Assembly (NCBI RefSeq): GCF_902713615.1
Contig: NC_052153.1
Span: forward strand, 192,309,394-192,373,393
Direction: 5' to 3'
Length of the DNA stretch: 64,000 bases
From: Scyliorhinus canicula
Taxonomy: Eukaryota
The notes under the pieces were generated by a model. The model worked only from the letters and a program-made list of their open reading frames with translations. It was not told the origin of the DNA and searched no databases. How positions within the stretch are numbered: position 1 is the first letter of the stretch; each line of letters starts with the position of its first letter. The position numbers and the translations under genes were made by a program. Of this stretch, positions 57,229 through 64,000 are shown piece by piece.

Positions 57229-60200
57229 GTGGGTTCTGTACAGGATGAGGTCGAATATAGCAAAACGGTTCTGTGTTTGAAACAACAGCGGACAGTTATG
57301 CGGAAAATTTTTCTCCTCACCAATTTTCTCATCTTCTGAAGACACCAACTTTGCCTTTGGCCAACAGGCTGTGGGGTCGGCGCTGGCCTGTCCGCTGAGC
57401 CCCAACCGCACTCCAGCACCCGACTCAAGCATGAGCTTTCATGGTGTCAGAATGAATTTAGAATTTCAGGCAGTTCACTGACAATCTCTTTCCAACGCAT
57501 TATAGAATCCCGTTCGACCAATCACTTTCCATTGGCGCCCACTGTACAGAACCCCAAAGGAATAGAAAGGAAGCTGTAATCCGATATAAGAGATTTATTC
57601 CCTTTCATGGTTTTAGCCTTTAAACAAATACACAAAGAAGCTAGACATAGTGACAATGGTCACCTTGGTGAGAGAGAAATGTATTGGGATCTCACAGAAA
57701 CATAGAAACTGGAGCAGGAAGAGGCCGTTCGGCCCTTCTAGCCAGCTCTGCCATTCATTCTGATCATGGCTGATCATCCAACTCAATAGCCTAATCCAGC
57801 CCCCCATATATCCCTTGATCCCCTTCGCCCTCAGTGCGATATCTAACTGCTTCTTGAAAACATACAATGTTTTGGCCTCAACTACTTCCTGTGGTTACGA
57901 ATTCCACAGGCCGACCACTCTCTGGGTGAAGACATTTCTCCTCATCTCTGTCCTAAATGGTCTACCCTTTATCATCAGACTGTGACCCCTGGTTCTGGAC
58001 ACCCCCACCATCAGGGATATCCTTCCTGCATCTCCCCTGTCCAGTCCTGTTAGAATTTTATAGGTCTCTATGAGATCCCCCCTCATTCTGAACTCCAGCG
58101 TATACAATCCTTACAGATTCAATCTCTCCTCATGTGCCAGTTCCGCCATCCCAGAAATCAGTCTGGTAAACCTTCACTGCACTCCCCCCAGAGCAAGAAC
58201 ATCCTTCCTCAGAGAAGGAGACCAAAACTGTACAAAGTACTCCAGGTGTGACCTCACCAAGAACCTGTATAATTGCAGCAAGACATCCCTGCACTCAAAT
58301 CCTCTCGCAATGAAGGCCAACATACCATTTGCCTCCTTTACCGCCTGCTGTACCTGCACGCTTACCTTCAGCGAATGGTGCACAAGGGCACCCAGGTCCC
58401 GTTGCACATTCCGCTATACTAATTTATGGCCATTCAGATAATAGTCTGTCTTCTTGTTTTTGCTACCAAAATGGATAGCCTCACATTTATCCAAATTATA
58501 CTGCATCTGCCATTCATTTGCCCACTCACTCAACTTGTCCAAATCACACTGTAGGATCTCTGCATCCTCCTCACAGCTCACCCTCCCACACAACTTGGTG
58601 TCACCTGCAAATTTAGAGATATTACATTTTTCCCTCATCTAAATCACTAATGTATATTAGCACACTGGGCTAAATCGCTGGCTTTTAAAGCAGACCAAGC
58701 AGGCAAGCAGCACGGTTCAATTCCTGTGACAGCCTCCCTGAACATGTGGCGACTAGGGGCTTTTCACAGTAACTTCATTGAAGTCTACTCGTGACAATAA
58801 GCGATTTTAATTTCATATTGTGAATAGCTGGGGTCCCAGCACCGACCCCTGCGGGACCCCACTAGTCAATACCTGCCAATCTAAAAAAGACCCATTCATT
58901 CCTACTCTTTGTTTCCTGTCTGCCAACCAGTTTTCTACCCACCTCAATACACTCCCCCAATCCCATGCTCTTTAATTTTACACACTAATCTCTTATGAGG
59001 AACTTTGTCAAAAGCATTCTGAAAGTCCAAATACACCACATCCACTGGCTCCCCCTCATCAACTCTACTATTTATATCCTCGAAGACTTCCAGTAGATTT
59101 ATCAAGCATGATTTCTCCTCCATTAATCCATGCTGACTCTGTCTGATCCTGCCATTGTTTTCTAAATACTCTGCTACAAAACCTTTGATAATGGATTTCA
59201 GAATTTCTCCCACTTCCGATGTCAGGCTACTGGTCTCTAATTCCCTGTTTTCTCTCTTCCTCCCTTTTTAAATAGCTACCTTCCAATCTGCAGGGACAGT
59301 TCCAGAGTCTATAGAATCCCGGAAGATGACCACCGATGCAGCCACTATTTCCAGAGCCACTTCCTTAAGCACTCTGGGCTGCAGATTCTCAGGCCCTGGA
59401 GATTTATCCGCCTTCAATCCCATCAGTTTTCCCAGCACCATTTCTCTACTAATATTGATCTTGTTCAGTTCATCCCTCTCACTAAACCCCACATTCTCTA
59501 TCATGGTTGTATTTTTTAAATACCGATGTCTCCTTCAGGCACTCACCTGTATTGGGATAACCCCTTTTTGTTCTTCACACTGCTCGATTTGGACTTGCAA
59601 GATGCCTTGGGTACATTGTCACTGCTGTAATGTGTCTTTCAGGATAGCAGAGGGCTATCACTTTATGGGAAGTATGTCATGATAATAATCTTTATTAGTC
59701 TCACAAGTAGGCTTACATTAACACACTGCAATGAAGTTACTGTGAAAAGCCCCTAGTCACCACACTCCGGCGCCTGTTCGGGTACACAGAGGGACAATTC
59801 AGATGTCCAATTCAGCTAACAAGCACGTCTTTCAGGACTTGTGGGAGGAAACCGGAGCACCCGGAGGAAACCTGCGCAGACACGGTGAGAACATTCCGAC
59901 TCCGCACAGTCACTCAAGCCGGGAATCGAACCCGGGCCCCAGGCGCTGTGAAGCCACAGTGCTAACCGCTGTGCTACCGTGCCGCCCCATGTGACCCAGC
60001 CTCAGTTTTACTTTGGCCTGGAGCAGAGCACAATCACTCAGCTCTGCAGCTCTGATGTCCTCAAATTTTCTGTCCACGAATATCTGTTCACATGTGCCTG
60101 GAATCAATAAATGAAGCCACAGAGTGTTTGCACGAGCCCTTATGAGCGATCGGTGCTTTTACATCATTACGACACACACGGCCGTGGTAAGCTGCTCAGT

Positions 60201-62144
60201 TCAATGATGATATTGTTGATGATCTTGAATATTTGAAATTCTCACCCTTACATTCATGGACTCTCCCTCCCTATCATCACAACCTTTTCGAGCCCGGGGA
60301 ATTCTCCACAAGCTCTCTTCGTCCAACTCTGACCTCTTGTACATCTCCCTTTCCTTTCCATTGTCAGCCATTTTCTGCTGTCTCGACTCTAAGCTCTGGA
60401 ATTCCCTCCCGAAGACATTCCATTTCTAAGTGTCTTATGTTCAAGGTGCCATAAGTTGTTGTTTTTGAGTGTATTGGGCCAACGTCATCCAACTAGAGGC
60501 AGCTGACGCTGATCAATTAAGGAAAACGTTATTGAGACATACAGCCTCACGGAAGGGCGATAAACCGCCCAGTCTTGTGACTGATGTTACGACTCTTGTC
60601 ATTCGTGTTACCAAATGACAATTTGTGTTTCAGCAATTCCTGTATTGGGCGGCACGGTAGCACAGTGGTTAGCACTGCTGCTTCACAGCTCCAGGGTCCC
60701 GGGTTCAATGCCGGCCTCGGGTGACTGTCTGTGCGGAGTCTGCACGCTCACCCCGTGTCTGCGTGAGTTTCATCCGGCTGCTCCGGTTTCCTCCCACAGT
60801 CCAAAGCTGTGCTGATCAGGTGGATTTGCCATGCTGAATTGCCCCTTAGTGTCCAAAAAGGTTAGGTGGATTTGCCATGCTGAATTGCCCCTTAGTGTCC
60901 AAAAAGGTTAGGTGGTGTTACAGGGATAGGGTGGAGGCATGGGCTTAAGTAGAGTGCTCTTCCCAAGGGCCGGCGCAGACTCGATGGGCCAAATGGCCTC
61001 CTTCTGCACTATAAACTCCGTGATTCATTGTTACAGTCCCATCGATGGGGCTCCGATTATTCTACCTTCTCTCCCGTCAACTCTGATTTCCTCCAGCACT
61101 TCCAGCAGCTTCTGTCAGTTCATCTGGCGAAACCCCCCCCCCCCCCCCCCCCCGTTGGCTTGTTTTGGTCTCCCATTTACACCACCTTGGATGCTTTGGT
61201 AATCAAACATTACGGTGCCATGCTTCTCATGTGTTGTGGTATTTGTCTTCTTTTCCAATGGGACCATTGTGCTCCTCAAAAAATCTTCTCTCCACTCTCC
61301 ATCCGAATCCATCTCTTTGCCGAAGTTAATTCAATTCTCCTGCCGCCTTCCCTCTGGGCCTTTTGATTGTTCCTGCGGGAATTCCATCACATCCTTCTGC
61401 TTCTCCTGGTTGCTGTTCTTTGACAGATTTTAAATATTTCACACTCCAGAAAAACAGGCCCTGAACCATCCTGAGAAATGCCTTTGCTGTCTCTGCTTCT
61501 GCATTGGCTGGCTTGACCTTCCTTGACCTATCGGTCTCTGATGTACTTTTTTCCATCTATCCTTTCTTACCAGCAATTTCCGTGAGCAGGAATCAGGAAC
61601 GCGGCAGCTGGAATGAGGCTGATTCACGGACCGCTTTCAAAAGGAAGTCGGATAACTTTTGAAAAATTAGAATTTACCAGGTTGTCGGGAAAGTCCGTGG
61701 GAATGGGACTAACTAGGAAGCACTTCTAAAGAGTTAACACAGGAACCTTGGCCCAAAAGGCCTCCTTCTGTGCTGTCAGACTCCCCATCTAACCTGCACA
61801 TCCCTGGACACTTTTGGGATAATTTTATCATGGCCAGTCACCTAACCTGTACATCTTTGGACAGTGGGTGGAAACGGGAGCACCCGGAGGAAACCCACGC
61901 ACACACGGGGAGAAAGTGCAATCTCCACACAGACAGTGACCCAAGGCCGGAATTGAACCCGGGACCCTGGAGCTGTGAGGCAGCAGTGCTAACCACTGTG
62001 CCACCCAGATATCCATACTCAACTAGGTGATATATGTATATTGATGAGCGAGATGGTTTCTGTCTGATATCCTTGCACTGGCAGAGTGTTGCATTTTTGT
62101 CAATAAATAACCAAAATATTTACAAATCATTTTTATCTCTTTAG

Positions 62145-62184
62145 GGTTTTCATGGCTAATGGGGTGCACCAGATCTTCAGAAAG
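62145..62184 (+). CDS. Copy B exon: cytoplasmic 1 ([13 protein letters not shown])
   Basis: Matches 19975-20014 except tgt to ttt (Cys to Phe); splice sites intact. Confidence 0.68.
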
Positions 62185-62761
62185 GTAGGATGATTGGTTA
62201 TTGATCCAGACATTGTAGCATAAATGTTCTGGTTCAGGGTTGTTCGATCGAGGCATTCAAAAGGGCATGAGGTGATTATTTGAATCGAAGCAATGTGCAG
62301 GGGTGACGCACTAAGCCGTAAAGTTCACTTGGAGGGCCGCCGCAGACACGATGGGCCGAATGGCCTCCTTCTGCACCATTGCAGTTGTGTGATTGTGTGA
62401 TAATCGCTGACATGGTTTGTCCATTTAAGGCAGCTCCACAGACACCTGCTGGAAAGTGATGGAAATAGACCCAGCCACACAAGACAGGTTAATTGTTACC
62501 AAAATTTACCAAATTCCAACTTGTTCTAAAACCAGAATCCAGTTTCACCTCCCTTCCCCAAATTAAGCTGCAGTTCAGCCCAGTGTAAAAATAAAGCCCT
62601 TCCTCATTTCTAGCATTCTGGACACTGAGCTGCAGTACGTGCTTTCTGAAAGGAGAGACTTTCCTAATTAAAATGTTATGGATGCTCATCTTTATTAGTG
62701 TCACAAGTCGGCGTACATTAACACTGTAATGACGTTACTGTGAAAAGCCCCTAGTTGCCAC

Positions 62762-63070
62762 CAGCGCCGGCTCTAGGGTTGCTGGCGCCCCGGGCAAGCT
62801 GAACTTCGGCGCCCTTGGGGGGGGCGGGGCCGGGGCCGGGGGGGGGGCGGGGCCGGGGCCGAGGGGGGGCGGGGCTGGGGCCGAGGGGGGGGGGGGGGCG
62901 CGCGGGGGGGCGGGGCCGAGGGGGGCGGGGCCGGGGCCGAGGGGGGGGGGCGCGGGGGGGGGGGGGGGGGAGGGAGGGGGCGAGGCCGAGGAGGGGCGGG
63001 GGGGCGAGGCCGAGGAGGGGCGGGGGGGGCGAGGCCGAGGAGGGGCGGGGGTGGCGGACCCGAGGGGGGT
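62762..63070. mobile_element. hAT MITE 5' half at the end of duplication copy B
   Basis: CAGCGCCGGCTCTAGGGTTGCTGGCGCCCCGG matches the start at 46400; 3' TIR not seen. Confidence 0.85.
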
Positions 63071-63153
63071 CATCCAAATAATCTGCTATTGTGGGGGGAG
63101 AAAACAGCAAACTACCCTTCTTTGAACCATCTAGTTCTAACCCTGTTTCACAG

Positions 63154-63211
63154 GTATGGAAATTCCAGGATTCCAGATGATGGTCCCACTCCCAGACCAG
63201 AGAATACATAG
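63154..63211 (+). CDS. Candidate terminal exon of copy B (RYGNSRIPDDGPTPRPENT*)
   Basis: Acceptor ttCTAACcctgtttcacAG with a branch-point-like CTAAC; open in the required phase 2; TAG at 63209-63211; AATAAA at 63545-63550. No homologue in copy A, so speculative. Confidence 0.35.
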
Positions 63212-63910
63212 ACAGGAGTTGACACTGAATGTTTCACTGTCTTTCACGTATAAATTATAACAACCAACTCTTGGACTAAGATCTCACAGGTTGTTCCCCT
63301 GGCAATGAAGGAAATTACTGAGAGTAAATAACTGCAAATGGAAATAGTCAACTCCCACCATTCACGGGAATTCCACTCCCACTAGATCTCAAGGTTAAAT
63401 TGCAAATGGTGAACACAGTTTATAATGGGACGGAATTGAAAAGGCTCAAGGCAAAGTAAGCACAGGGTGGAGAAGCACGCAGTCAAGGGTAAGAGCAAAT
63501 ACCTTCAGATGGGAGGGGGGTGGGAAGAGAGATGTGAAAGAGAGAATAAACAGGACTTCTTTCCTCAGTGAACTGGGTCGTGCACAAATCCAAGAGACAA
63601 CCAATGTGGTTTGAATTAGCACAAAACCATTGCAGTTAATTGTTCCCTGTTGCATTCTCCATGTCGTCACATTCTCACAATCCTGTTGTTCTACGGTCTA
63701 TCATTCCTGTTTACGAACCACCATGTGATTCCTCCGCACTCCATCATTCACTGATCTGATCATCGTAGCAGTGAAAAGGAGACAAATATTGACAGGATAA
63801 ATTAGGTTACTTTCTTTTACTTCATGCCTGCAACTGCCTGACTCCAGGAAATATCCACAGTACACATCAAAATGTTATTATTACTGCATGCTTTCGGCAC
63901 ATTTAATGTG

Positions 63911-64000
63911 GGTTACACATTATCTGACCTCACTGGCTCCATCCTCCCCGGGTTACACACTGTCTGATCTCACTGGCTCCATCCTCCCCGGGTTACACAC
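63911..64000 (+). repeat. 40-bp minisatellite running off the window end
   Basis: GGTTACACACTGTCTGATCTCACTGGCTCCATCCTCCCCG repeated 2.25 times. Confidence 0.85.

Larger units (their letters stand above)
50550..62761 (+). repeat. Segmental duplication, copy B
   Basis: Starts at the gap inside the minisatellite; homology with copy A ends at ctagttgccac, exactly where a hAT MITE begins. Confidence 0.95.

Overview
Vertebrate genomic DNA, very likely from a cartilaginous fish: it carries abundant HE1/V-SINE-type SINEs with CR1-type tails, plus CR1, Rex1/Babar, L1, Penelope-derived and Gypsy elements. Most of the window is transposon debris, but a spliced + strand gene is hidden in it and is largely missed by the ORF track. 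I reconstructed nine phase-compatible AG/GT exons (9260-49724, 1134 coding bp): a Siglec-15-like V-set Ig domain retaining the YxCRVE arginine, a second V-set domain, an uncharged transmembrane exon, and a cytoplasmic tail with two duplicated two-exon cassettes, each carrying a DSCxYAx(I/V) ITIM-like motif. The signal-peptide exon and the last exon were not found. After a 100-N gap (50450-50549), about 11 kb of this locus (9665-20591) is repeated nearly identically at 50550-62761 (V2, TM and first tail exon), then diverges at a hAT MITE. This is either a tandem paralogue with a different tail or a haplotypic false duplication. Other notable items: a two-LTR Gypsy element with nested CR1 and SINE, two solo LTRs with exact TSDs, a 31-bp intronic minisatellite that differs about 5-fold between copies, and an intronic hairpin carrying a minimal hammerhead-ribozyme motif that is intact in copy A and mutated in copy B. 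Everything was read by eye. Exon, LTR and TSD coordinates were counted base by base; repeat boundaries are approximate.
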